32,000 nucleotides of DNA from an uncultured Clostridia bacterium (GTDB lineage Bacteria > Bacillota > Clostridia > Christensenellales > Aristaeellaceae): contig CALCTW010000083.1 in NCBI GenBank assembly GCA_937907055.1, forward strand, positions 7,468-39,467, given 5' to 3'. Below are positions 1-9,212 of this stretch, piece after piece. Position numbers and translations under genes: made by a program. Every line of letters starts with the position of its first letter. The first letter of the stretch is position 1. The notes under the pieces were generated by a model. That model worked only from the letters and a program-made list of their open reading frames with translations, was not told the origin of the DNA and made no database searches.

Positions 1-32
1 GTAAGCAAGGCGCAATGATCCGATAAAGGAGT

Positions 33-3000
33 TTGACCTTGGCTCAGAATACCAATCCCAAAGCAAAATCCAGATCCGCGAACGCGCTTCCCTGCACGTA
101 TACCGCCACACTCTTCCGCGTCATTTTCGGCTCCGCCCTGCTGTTGCTGGGCACGCTGCTTCTGCTCGCGTGCATGATGGAGAACCAGCCCGGCTTCAAC
201 CCCTTCGCCCGTTTCGCGTGGGGGCTTTTCGGCGTGCTCACCTTCCCCTTCATCCTGCTCATCCTGTGGGCCGGCACGCTGTGTGTCGTCAGCGCCTATC
301 ACGCGGTCAGCTGGCGCGGATTCGTGCTCCTGTTCTTTACCGTCCTGTTCTTCGCCGCGTTCGTCGATCTCACATCCCAGATCGCCGGCGCGCCGCTCGT
401 GCGTTATCATCTGGATCGCGTCAATCCCATGCGGCAGGATATGAGCCAGTATCTGCCCATGCTCGGCAAAGCCTATGAGATCTCCTCCGGCGGGGCCGGC
501 ACCGGCCTGTTCGGCATGATCATCGCCTGCCCGTTCTATCTCATTTTCAGCGTCTGGGGGGCGGTGCTCTGCGTCATCGCCATGGTCGTATTCCTGCTCA
601 TGTTCTTCCGCACCAATCCGGTGCAGCTTATCGGTGTCATCAGCGACATGCTGGAGCGTCACCGTGTCAAGCGCAGTCAGAATCCCAAACCGCAAAAGCC
701 GGAGAAGGCCAAAAAGGCCGAGCCGAAGCCCAAGGCCCCGCAGCCTGTCAGGGTCCCGGCGCGCGGCGCTTCCTCCGCCTATACCGCCGGTATCGCCGCC
801 ACCCCGGTCATCTCCAGCCGCGGCGCTTATGAACCGGCCGCCTACACAGATCCTGTCACTGCCGATGTTCCTCAGGCCGCGCCTGCCGTCGATCAGGCGC
901 CCATCCCGGATGATGATGACTGGGGAAATGAGTTCCCGCCCACGGTAAGCGGGGATTATCAGCAGATCTCCTTCCCCACCGATGATGTGTATCCCCTCGA
1001 GGATGAAGATCCTTATCCGCCGCAGACGCTTCAGCCCGAGCCGGCCCCGGCTCCTGCTCCCGCCCCCGCGCGTACCGAAAAGCATCTTTTCAGCCGCCGC
1101 AGTCGTCACAACCCCGCCCCCGCCGTTTCCGGGCAGGGCTACAATACGGTCTCTCCCGTTGAGGAGGAACCTGCTCCCGCCGCTCCGGCCGCTGCCGCGG
1201 TGCCTGCTTATCACACCGCCCGCGCGCCGCAGCCCGTGCAGGAAACGCCCCGTATGCCGGATCCCGTTCCCGTGCAGTCCTCTGCTCCGCAGCCCGCGGC
1301 GCCGCAGCCCGCTCCCGTCTACCATCCGGAGCCTGCCCCCGCGCCCGTGAAAGAGACCCCCGTCTCCGCCCCTGCCGAGCGGATCCCCGCGCATGAAAAG
1401 CCGGTTGAGCGGATCCCCGATCTGGTCAGAACGCCCGCCGTTCCCCTCTCCGAAACCCCTGCCGCCGTTGAGATCAGCGGCACAGATGAAGAGGACGATC
1501 TTGATCCCGGCATCATTACCCGCGAAAACTGGGAGCTGCACACCCATCAGCACGAGACCGAACCGCAGAAGAAGCGTGTCTCCACCACCCGCATGGCCAT
1601 GGATGACAAGCCCAAGCTCGTGGGGGTCGATCCGGTCAGTGATGTGATCGGCGTCAAGCACGCCATCCCCAGCCGCGATACCATGCGCACGGGCGATCCC
1701 GAAAAGCGCGGCATGGACGGCCACGAGCATATGCAGACCGGCGTCCAGATGTCCATGTCCTTCCCCTATCAGTATGTGCCCCCGTCCGTGGATCTGCTCT
1801 CCGTTCCCCGCAAGAATCTCACCGATAACACCGCCGAGGATATGGAGCGCGGCGCCACCATCACCAACACCCTCAGCGCCTTCCGCATCAACAGCGAGAT
1901 CCGTCAGGTGACGCACGGCCCGGCCATCACGCGCTTCGCCATCCAGATCGCCGCCGGTGTCAAGGTCTCCGCCGTCACCAGTGTCACGGAAAATATCGCG
2001 CTGGAGCTGGGCATCAAGCAGGTCCGTATCGAAGCGCCCATTCAGGGCACCAATTATATCGGCATTGAAGTCCCCAACCGCGTTGCCACCCCGGTCACCT
2101 TCCGTGAGGTGCTGGAATGCGAAGCCCTGGCCAACGCCCGTTCCAATCCCCTGCTGGTCGCGCTGGGCAAGGATATCGGCGGTACGCCCATCCTGTGCGA
2201 TCTTGGCAAGATGCCCCACCTGCTCATCGCCGGCTCCACCGGCAGCGGTAAATCCGTCTGTATCAACTCCATCATCTGCAGCCTCATCTACCGCGCCTCA
2301 CCCAAGCAGGTCCGCCTCATTCTGGTGGACCCGAAGCAGGTCGAGCTGCAGGTCTACAACAGCATTCCCCATCTGCTCGTTCCCGTCATCTCGGATCCCA
2401 AAAAGTCCGCTGCGGTGCTCAACTGGGTGGTCAATGAGATGTTCGAGCGCTACAGCAAGTTCACCGCCGCCAAGGTACGCAATCTGGCCGGCTTCAACAA
2501 GATCAAGGCCGGCACGGACGAAGAACTGCCCAACATCGTGGTCATCATCGATGAAATGGCGGATATCATGGAGGTCTGCCGCAAGGATGTGGAAGAATCC
2601 ATCCGCCGTCTGGCCGCGCTGGCCCGCGCCGCAGGTATTTACATGATCGTGGCCACCCAGCGTCCTTCCGTTGACGTCATTACCGGCGTCATCAAGAACA
2701 ACATCCCCAGCCGTATCGCCTTCTCCGTCACCAGCACAGCCGACAGCCGCACCATCATCGATGTCGGCGGCGCGGAAAAACTGCTGGGCAAGGGCGATAT
2801 GCTCTACAAGCCCACCGGCTCCACCCCCGTCCGTGTGCAGGGCTGCTTCCTCTCCGATGAGGAGGTCAATGACATCTGCAATGACCTGGCCGGGCGCTAC
2901 GAGACCAACTACAACCCCGATATTCAGGAGACCATCAACGAAGTACGCGATGAGCCCGAGGCCGATACCGTCACCGGCACCGGCGATGAGGTCCACGGCG

Positions 3001-3239
3001 GCGACAGCACCGATTTCGACGATCTGCTGCACGATGCCATCCTGATGGCCATCGAGGACGGGCAGACCTCCGTTTCCATGCTGCAGCGCCGTCTGCGCGT
3101 CGGCTACGGCCGCGCCGGACGGCTGGTGGATGAAATGGAAAAGCGCGGTATCATCTCCAAGTCCGAGGGCAGCAAACCCCGCAAGACCCTCATGACCCGC
3201 GAGGATTACGCCCGTCTGCTGGAATCCCAGCAGGATTGA
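33..3239 (+). CDS. ftsK: DNA translocase FtsK/SpoIIIE: N-terminal membrane domain, long Pro/Ala-rich linker, RecA-like motor and C-terminal gamma winged helix
   Basis: Hydrophobic N-terminal helices occupy aa ~25-200. Walker A is 'GSTGSGKS', Walker B is 'VVIIDEMAD', and 'ATQRPS' is present. The C-terminal gamma domain reads 'SMLQRRLRVGYGRAGRLVDEMEKRGII'. AAAGGAG lies at 25-31, so the TTG at 39 has better spacing than the TTG at 33 and the start is uncertain by 2 codons. Stop is TGA. Confidence 0.93.
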   Translation: MTLAQNTNPKAKSRSANALPCTYTATLFRVIFGSALLLLGTLLLLACMMENQPGFNPFARFAWGLFGVLTFPFILLILWAGTLCVVSAYHAVSWRGFVLLFFTVLFFAAFVDLTSQIAGAPLVRYHLDRVNPMRQDMSQYLPMLGKAYEISSGGAGTGLFGMIIACPFYLIFSVWGAVLCVIAMVVFLLMFFRTNPVQLIGVISDMLERHRVKRSQNPKPQKPEKAKKAEPKPKAPQPVRVPARGASSAYTAGIAATPVISSRGAYEPAAYTDPVTADVPQAAPAVDQAPIPDDDDWGNEFPPTVSGDYQQISFPTDDVYPLEDEDPYPPQTLQPEPAPAPAPAPARTEKHLFSRRSRHNPAPAVSGQGYNTVSPVEEEPAPAAPAAAAVPAYHTARAPQPVQETPRMPDPVPVQSSAPQPAAPQPAPVYHPEPAPAPVKETPVSAPAERIPAHEKPVERIPDLVRTPAVPLSETPAAVEISGTDEEDDLDPGIITRENWELHTHQHETEPQKKRVSTTRMAMDDKPKLVGVDPVSDVIGVKHAIPSRDTMRTGDPEKRGMDGHEHMQTGVQMSMSFPYQYVPPSVDLLSVPRKNLTDNTAEDMERGATITNTLSAFRINSEIRQVTHGPAITRFAIQIAAGVKVSAVTSVTENIALELGIKQVRIEAPIQGTNYIGIEVPNRVATPVTFREVLECEALANARSNPLLVALGKDIGGTPILCDLGKMPHLLIAGSTGSGKSVCINSIICSLIYRASPKQVRLILVDPKQVELQVYNSIPHLLVPVISDPKKSAAVLNWVVNEMFERYSKFTAAKVRNLAGFNKIKAGTDEELPNIVVIIDEMADIMEVCRKDVEESIRRLAALARAAGIYMIVATQRPSVDVITGVIKNNIPSRIAFSVTSTADSRTIIDVGGAEKLLGKGDMLYKPTGSTPVRVQGCFLSDEEVNDICNDLAGRYETNYNPDIQETINEVRDEPEADTVTGTGDEVHGGDSTDFDDLLHDAILMAIEDGQTSVSMLQRRLRVGYGRAGRLVDEMEKRGIISKSEGSKPRKTLMTREDYARLLESQQD

Positions 3240-3272
3240 TCCTCCTTTTCCCTTCCTTACCCGATTCAAAGC

Positions 3273-3310
3273 GGCGGGATACACTCCGTATCCTGCCGTT
3301 TTCTTTCTTC
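3273..3310 (+). terminator. Rho-independent terminator after ftsK
   Basis: 10-bp stem ggcgggatac/gtatcctgcc (one G-U pair) with loop actcc, followed by gttttctttcttc. Confidence 0.65.
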
Positions 3311-3346
3311 TGCTCCGCGTTCGTGTAAATCTCTTCTTTTGAACAG

Positions 3347-3375
3347 TTGCCTGATTCCTGATTTTGTAGTATATT
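3347..3375 (+). promoter_or_regulatory. Candidate sigma-A promoter for pepO
   Basis: TTGCCT, 17-nt spacer, TATATT, about 95 nt upstream of the pepO ATG. Confidence 0.35.
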
Positions 3376-3470
3376 ATACTAACAACATTTTCCCCATTGA
3401 AAACGCGTCACGCCTCCCGGCGTGATATACCGTTTGTATTCGCAAGAACCGATAAAAAAGGAGTAATCCC

Positions 3471-5369
3471 ATGGAAAACGTACGTATTCAGGATGACCTG
3501 TACCACTATGTCAACGGCGAATGGATCGAAAACGCCGTGATCCCTGATGACCGCCCTGTGACCGGCGGCTTCACCGATCTTTCCGACGGCGTTGAAAAAA
3601 CGCTGACGCAGGATCTGAAGACCATGAACGAAAAGGACGAATACCCGGACGAGTATATGCGCCGCGCGGGCAAGTTCTTCGCGCTGGTCATGGATACCAA
3701 ACGCCGCAGCAGCGAAGGCTTCCGTCCCGTTATGCCCCTGCTCAAGAAGATCCGCGGCCTCACCGGCATCACGCATTTCAACCGCAATCTGAAGGATCTG
3801 GTCATGGACGGTATTCCCCTGCCCTTCGATCTCTCCGTTCAGGAGGATATGAAGGACAGTAACGCCCGCTGCCTGTATGTCGGCGGCCCGTCCACCATCC
3901 TGCCCGATACCACCTATTACGCCGATGCCATGGCGCCGCAGCGTGACGCGCTGCTGGGCGTGTGGAAGAACATGGCCGCGGGTGTCATGAAGTACGCGCG
4001 CATCCCGGAGGAAGAGAAGGCGCTGTATATCGAGGACACCCTCAAGTTCGACGCCCTCATCGCCGGTCTGGTAAAGAGCAGAGAAGAGCGCAGCGAATAT
4101 ACCAAGATGTACAACCCCACGAAGACCGTCCGCGTCGGCACGCTGCTGCGTCCCGTCAAGTTCAAGCGCCTGCTCTCACAGCTGTTTGAAACGGTTCCCG
4201 AATGGGTCTCCGTGGCCGATCCCCGCTTCCTGAAGGGCTTCTCCACCCTGTTCAATGAAGCGAACTTCCCCCTCTACCAGCACTGGGCTTATGTCAACTG
4301 CGCCATCAGCGCCGCGCCCTATCTGTCCGAAAAGCTGCGCGAGATCGGCACCTCCTATCGCCGCGCGCTCACCGGTGTCGCCTCCGTCAGCACGGTAGAG
4401 CGCTACGCCTACAGCCTCACCTCCGCTGTCTTCTCCGACGCGCTCGGCCTGTACTATGGCCGCACCTACTTCGGCGAGGAAGCCAAGCGCGATATTCTGG
4501 AAATGGTCCATGAGATCATTGCCGAATACAAAAAGCGCGTGATGGTCAATCCCATCCTCGGCGAAGAGACCCGCCTCAAGGCCATCCGCAAACTGGACAC
4601 CATGAAGGTGAAGATGGGCTACCCCGATAAGTTAAACGCGATCGCCGATAAGCTCGTCTATGAAGAGGGCCTCAGCCTGTTCGGCGCGCTCTCCGCGCTG
4701 GATAAGATCCGCCGCGAGGATGAGTTCGGCAAGCTCTTCCAGCCCGTGGACAAGACCGAATGGGTCATGAACGCGCACATCGTCAACGCGTGCTACAACC
4801 CCTTCTCCAACGATATCACCTTCCCTGCCGCCATCCTGCAGGCGCCCTTCTACTCCGTCAAGCAGACCCGCTCCTGCAATCTGGGCGGCATCGGCGCAGT
4901 CATCGGTCATGAGATCTCTCACGCCTTCGATAACAACGGCGCCAAGATCGATGAGAACGGCGTGCTGAGCCAGTGGTGGACGAAGGAAGATTTCAAACGC
5001 TTCGACAAGGCCACCAAGGCCATGATCAAGCAGTTTGAAGGCATCACCCTCCCCTTCGGCGAGGTCAACGCCACCCTGACCGTCAGCGAGAACATCGCGG
5101 ATAACGGCGGCATGGCGGTCACGCTGGCCATCATGAAGGGCATGGATGCCCCGGATTACAAGGAATACTTCATCAACTGGGCGAGAGTCTGGTGCGCCAA
5201 GGCCCGTCCGGAATACAGCGCCATGCTGCTGAAGGTGGACGTCCACGGTCCCAAGGAGCTGCGCGGCAATATGCCTCCCCGCAATTTCTCCGAATGGTAT
5301 GAGACCTTCGGTGTCACGAAGAACGACAAGATGTACATCGCGCCGAACAAGCGCCTCATCATCTGGTAA
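3471..5369 (+). CDS. pepO: M13 family zinc metalloendopeptidase (neprilysin-like, PepO type)
   Basis: HExxH zinc motif 'VIGHEISHAFD', downstream 'ENIADNGG' (third zinc ligand Glu) and N-terminus 'RIQDDLYHYVNGEWI' typical of PepO. No signal peptide. AAAGGAG lies 7 nt upstream of the ATG. Stop is TAA. Confidence 0.9.
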   Translation: MENVRIQDDLYHYVNGEWIENAVIPDDRPVTGGFTDLSDGVEKTLTQDLKTMNEKDEYPDEYMRRAGKFFALVMDTKRRSSEGFRPVMPLLKKIRGLTGITHFNRNLKDLVMDGIPLPFDLSVQEDMKDSNARCLYVGGPSTILPDTTYYADAMAPQRDALLGVWKNMAAGVMKYARIPEEEKALYIEDTLKFDALIAGLVKSREERSEYTKMYNPTKTVRVGTLLRPVKFKRLLSQLFETVPEWVSVADPRFLKGFSTLFNEANFPLYQHWAYVNCAISAAPYLSEKLREIGTSYRRALTGVASVSTVERYAYSLTSAVFSDALGLYYGRTYFGEEAKRDILEMVHEIIAEYKKRVMVNPILGEETRLKAIRKLDTMKVKMGYPDKLNAIADKLVYEEGLSLFGALSALDKIRREDEFGKLFQPVDKTEWVMNAHIVNACYNPFSNDITFPAAILQAPFYSVKQTRSCNLGGIGAVIGHEISHAFDNNGAKIDENGVLSQWWTKEDFKRFDKATKAMIKQFEGITLPFGEVNATLTVSENIADNGGMAVTLAIMKGMDAPDYKEYFINWARVWCAKARPEYSAMLLKVDVHGPKELRGNMPPRNFSEWYETFGVTKNDKMYIAPNKRLIIW

Positions 5370-5403
5370 TCATCAGGCATTCCGTCTGCACAATCTTAAT
5401 ATT

Positions 5404-5438
5404 GGGCTGCCGCGCTTTTCTGCCGCGGCAGCCCTTTT
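5404..5438 (+). terminator. Rho-independent terminator after pepO
   Basis: 11-bp stem gggctgccgcg/cgcggcagccc with a 9-nt loop, followed by tttt. Confidence 0.7.
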
Positions 5439-5706
5439 CATTCACGCGGAAAGCGCGGCATGTCCGTTGCTCTCAAAATGGCACGTATTCTCCACTTGTG
5501 TGATCATTTCGCCAATATTTCTACGAATCAGCGCCACTTTCTGCAATCATCACTGTATTTATACGCGTTAATCGCCACTTTTTATACATTTACATCCCTT
5601 TTTTGTCCGTTCTTCCGCCCATCGTTCCTTGCAGGAATTCACCGTTTTTTGCCGAACAACTTATCAAAAGCATTTCCATCGATTCACGAAAGGAAGATCC
5701 TTTGCC

Positions 5707-7101
5707 ATGAAAGCACCCGGCTTTAATCCGTATCTCCCCTCCTGGGAATATGTCCCGGACGGCGAACCCTATGTCTTCGGCGACCGCGTTTACGTCTACG
5801 GCTCCCACGACCAGTTCAACGGCCATGTCTTCTGCATGGGCGATTATATCTGCTGGTCCGCGCCGGTCGATGATCTGGGCAACTGGCGCTATGAAGGCGT
5901 CATCTACCCCCGCAATGAGGATCCCGTCAATAAGGACGGCCGCATGTGCCTGTACGCGCCCGATGTCACGGTGGGCCCGGATGGCCGTTACTACCTTTTC
6001 TATGTGCTGGACAAGGTGAATATCGTCTCCGTCGCCGTGTGCGATACCCCCGCCGGGCGCTATCAGTTCCACGGCTATGTGCATTATGCCGACGGCACCC
6101 GTTTGGGCGAGCGTCCCGGCGATGAGCCCCAGTTCGATCCCGGCGTGATCACCGAAGGGGACCGCACCTATATGTACACCGGCTTCTGCGGACACGGTGA
6201 CAAGAGCCGTCACGGCTCCATGGTCACCGTTCTCGCGCCTGACATGCTCACCATCGTTGAAGAGCCCCGCTTTGTGGTGCCGGGCGCCATGTACGCCGAA
6301 GGCACAGGCTATGAAGGACACGCCTTCTTTGAGGCCTCCTCCATTCGCAAACACGGCGATACCTACTACTTCGTTTACTCCTCCACCGTTATGCATGAGC
6401 TCTGCTATGCCACCAGCCGTTCTCCGCTGGGCGGCTTTGTCTACGGCGGTGTCATCGTCAGCAACAACGATATGCACATGGGTCCCGAGCCCGATCTGCC
6501 CAAGGCCTACGGCGGCAATAATCACGGCAGCATCGTGGAGATCAACGGACAGTGGTACATCTTCTATCACCGTCAGACCAACGCGCATCACTTCAGCCGT
6601 CAGGGCTGTATCGAGCCCATCACCATCGATGAAAACGGTCATATCGCGCAGGTGGAGATCACTTCCTGCGGCCCCAACGGCGGTCCGCTCCCCGGCAGGG
6701 GCACTTATCCCGCCTATATCGCCTGCCACCTGTACAACAAGCATGACCGCCGCCTGTACGCGGATGATATGACCGCTCCGCGCGTCACACAGGACGGCCG
6801 CGACGGGGATGAGATCCCCGGTCACATCGCTTTCATCAAGGACGGCACCGTGATCGGCTTCAGATACTTCGATTTCAGATCCGTAAAGAAGATCACCATC
6901 ACCACCCGCGCTTACTGCAAAGGCACCTTCCGGGTCAGCACCGCGCCGGACACCCCCGTCCTCGCGGAGATCCCCGTTGTCAGCCAGAACATCTGGTGGC
7001 CCGCTTCCGCGCCGCTTTCCCTGCCGGACGGCGTTCATGCCATCTATCTCACCTATGAGGGCACCGGCACGCCCAGTCTCTGCACCATTGCCTTTGAATG
7101 A
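5707..7101 (+). CDS. Glycoside hydrolase family 43-like (beta-xylosidase / alpha-L-arabinofuranosidase type) with a C-terminal beta-sandwich extension
   Basis: 'NPYLPSWEYVPDGEPYVFGDRVYVYGSHD' (candidate catalytic base Asp), 'LYAPDV' and 'FFEASS' (candidate acid Glu) fit the GH43 five-bladed propeller pattern. The start is placed at ATG 5707 (MKAPGFNPY), preceded by GAAAGGAAG. The ORF track begins 78 nt further upstream at 5629, which lacks an RBS. Stop is TGA. Confidence 0.8.
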   Translation: MKAPGFNPYLPSWEYVPDGEPYVFGDRVYVYGSHDQFNGHVFCMGDYICWSAPVDDLGNWRYEGVIYPRNEDPVNKDGRMCLYAPDVTVGPDGRYYLFYVLDKVNIVSVAVCDTPAGRYQFHGYVHYADGTRLGERPGDEPQFDPGVITEGDRTYMYTGFCGHGDKSRHGSMVTVLAPDMLTIVEEPRFVVPGAMYAEGTGYEGHAFFEASSIRKHGDTYYFVYSSTVMHELCYATSRSPLGGFVYGGVIVSNNDMHMGPEPDLPKAYGGNNHGSIVEINGQWYIFYHRQTNAHHFSRQGCIEPITIDENGHIAQVEITSCGPNGGPLPGRGTYPAYIACHLYNKHDRRLYADDMTAPRVTQDGRDGDEIPGHIAFIKDGTVIGFRYFDFRSVKKITITTRAYCKGTFRVSTAPDTPVLAEIPVVSQNIWWPASAPLSLPDGVHAIYLTYEGTGTPSLCTIAFE

Positions 7102-7122
7102 TCCTTTGCCTCATCTCCATAC

Positions 7123-7158
7123 AAAACGGCGCCTTCCGTTTCCGGAAGACGCCGTTTT
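7123..7158. terminator. Bidirectional terminator between convergent GH43 gene and plsY
   Basis: aaaacggcgccttccg-tttc-cggaagacgccgtttt: a long stem with one mismatch, A-run on one side and T-run on the other. Confidence 0.7.
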
Positions 7159-7175
7159 AACATACTATCGTGATC

Positions 7176-7811
7176 TTACTTTTTCTTCTTAAAGCTCAGC
7201 ATGCGCTCGTTGCCCTGCCACAGCCGCTTCATATTCTCGCGGTGGCGCAGCATGATCAGCGCGCAGATGATCAGGGAGAAGGGAATGCCGGGCAGCGCCG
7301 GAATATCGGCACGGAACGCCTGCATGAAGATGACATTGATGGCGTAGGAAGCGCCGAACACGATGCTGGCCAGCGACACATAGCGGCTGAAGCCTACGAC
7401 AACGAACCAGATCAGGCCCGCCATGCCGCCCGCGCCGGGGAAGATCAGACACACCACCGCGGCTGTGCAGGCCACGCCCTTGCCGCCCTTGAAGCCAAAC
7501 AACGCCGGCCAGTTGTGGCCCAGGATCACACCCAGACCGCCGGCCATGGAGCAATACAGGTTCAGCATTTCATTTTCACCACCGGCGATCCAGCGGCCGA
7601 TCAGCACCGCCAGTACAGCCTTGCCGAAATCCACCAGCAGTGTCACGGCGCCGGCCGCCTTGCCGTAGGTACGCAGCATATTGGTGGTGCCGGGGTTATG
7701 GCTTCCTTCCTTGCGGATATCCTTGCCCAGCACGCGGCTCAGCAGAATACCGGATTGAATATTGCCCAGCGCGTAACCGATCGCCAGACACAGGATCACT
7801 GTCCATACCAT
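7176..7811 (-). CDS. plsY: Glycerol-3-phosphate acyltransferase PlsY
   Basis: Multi-pass membrane protein with PlsY motifs 'IGYALGNIQSG', 'GSHNPGTTN' and 'KGGKGVA'. Its start overlaps the der stop by 1 nt (TGATG). Stop is TAA. Confidence 0.9.
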   Translation of the reverse strand: MVWTVILCLAIGYALGNIQSGILLSRVLGKDIRKEGSHNPGTTNMLRTYGKAAGAVTLLVDFGKAVLAVLIGRWIAGGENEMLNLYCSMAGGLGVILGHNWPALFGFKGGKGVACTAAVVCLIFPGAGGMAGLIWFVVVGFSRYVSLASIVFGASYAINVIFMQAFRADIPALPGIPFSLIICALIMLRHRENMKRLWQGNERMLSFKKKK

Positions 7812-9172
7812 CAGCGAGCATCCTCCTTCTTCTTTTCGCGCAGCACGAACCTCAGCGGCGTGCCCTCAAAGCCAAAGGCCTTGCGCATGCAGTTTTCCAG
7901 ATAACGTTCGTAGGCAAAATGCATCAGTTCTTCGTTGTTCACAAACAGCACGAAGGTCGGGGGGCAGGTCCCGTGCTGGGTCGCGTAATAGATCTTCAGC
8001 TTGCGTCCGCCGATCGTCGGGGGCTGCAGGCTGATCATCGCGTCACCGATCACATCGTTCAGCGCGCCGGTGCCCACACGCTTGGTGGCCTGTTCATATA
8101 CCGCCTTCACCTGATCCAGCACGGTATTCACACGCTTGCCGGTCAGGGCGCTGATGAACAGCACAGGCGCGTAGTCCATGAATTTCAGGTCCTCGATCAC
8201 CTGCTTGCGGTATTTTTCCAGCGTGCCGGTCTCTTTTTCGATCGCGTCCCACTTGTTCACGATCACGACCGCCGCCTTGCCCTCTTCGTGGATCATACCG
8301 GCGATACGGGCATCCTGCTCGGTCACGCCCTCCTGCGCGTCAATCAGCATCAGCGCCACATCACAGCGGCGGATCGCGCCGATCGAACGCATCACGCTGT
8401 AGCGCTCCAGCGATTCATCCTCAATGGCGCGCTTGCGGCGGATCCCGGCGGTATCAATGATATTGAACTCCGTACCGTCCGTATCGGTGAAGGCCGTGTC
8501 GATCGCGTCACGCGTGGTACCGGCAATGTTGCTCACCATCGTGCGGTCCTGACCCAGCAGATCATTCACCAGGCTGGATTTGCCCACGTTCGGGCGTCCG
8601 ACCACCGCCAGCTGGATCACACCGGCATCCGCGTCCTCGTCCTCGGCGGCAGTGCGCTCCGGCAGTTCCTTCACAATGGCATCCAGCAGATCACCCAGGC
8701 CCAGCATGTTCGCCGCGCTGATGCCCATCGGATCACCCAGGCCCAGCTCATAAAACTCATACAGCACATCGCTCAGGCCCATATGATCCATCTTGTTCAC
8801 CACCAGCAGCACCGGCTTATGGGTGCGGCGCAGCAGATTGGCCACCTCGCGGTCGTCCGGGGTCAGACCGGCCTTCGCGTCAGTGAAAAAGCAGATCACA
8901 TCCGCCATTTCCATGGCGATCTCCGCCTGTCTGCGCATCTGGCTCAGCAGCACATCCTCGCTGCGGGGGTCGATACCGCCCGTATCGATCAGTGTAAAAC
9001 GGCGCCCGATCCATTCCGCGTCCGCGTAGATACGGTCACGGGTCACACCCGGCGTATCCTCCACGATCGCGATGCGCCGCCCGGTGATCTTGTTAAAAAA
9101 TGTGGATTTGCCCACGTTCGGCCGCCCTACGATCGCGACCAGGGGTTTTGCGTTCGTCATTTGTTCCTCCAA
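7811..9172 (-). CDS. der: Ribosome-associated GTPase Der/EngA (tandem GTPase domains plus KH-like C-terminus)
   Basis: Two G1 motifs, 'GRPNVGKSTFFN' and 'GRPNVGKSSLVN'. Two DTxG motifs, 'DTGG' and 'DTAG'. Two 'NKxD' motifs, 'NKMD' and 'NKWD'. Stop is TGA. Confidence 0.95.
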   Translation of the reverse strand: MEEQMTNAKPLVAIVGRPNVGKSTFFNKITGRRIAIVEDTPGVTRDRIYADAEWIGRRFTLIDTGGIDPRSEDVLLSQMRRQAEIAMEMADVICFFTDAKAGLTPDDREVANLLRRTHKPVLLVVNKMDHMGLSDVLYEFYELGLGDPMGISAANMLGLGDLLDAIVKELPERTAAEDEDADAGVIQLAVVGRPNVGKSSLVNDLLGQDRTMVSNIAGTTRDAIDTAFTDTDGTEFNIIDTAGIRRKRAIEDESLERYSVMRSIGAIRRCDVALMLIDAQEGVTEQDARIAGMIHEEGKAAVVIVNKWDAIEKETGTLEKYRKQVIEDLKFMDYAPVLFISALTGKRVNTVLDQVKAVYEQATKRVGTGALNDVIGDAMISLQPPTIGGRKLKIYYATQHGTCPPTFVLFVNNEELMHFAYERYLENCMRKAFGFEGTPLRFVLREKKKEDAR

Positions 9173-9212
9173 ATCGCGGCAGATTTACGCCGCGGTCATC
9201 ATCCTTTGCGGA

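Noticed and set aside
634-1647. Alternative-frame ORFs inside ftsK (634-948, 982-1350, 1393-1647 and others)
   Set aside because: They fall in the Pro/Ala-rich linker, where codon repetition keeps all frames open. Their translations are low-complexity P/R/S strings, and the ftsK frame is continuous through the region.
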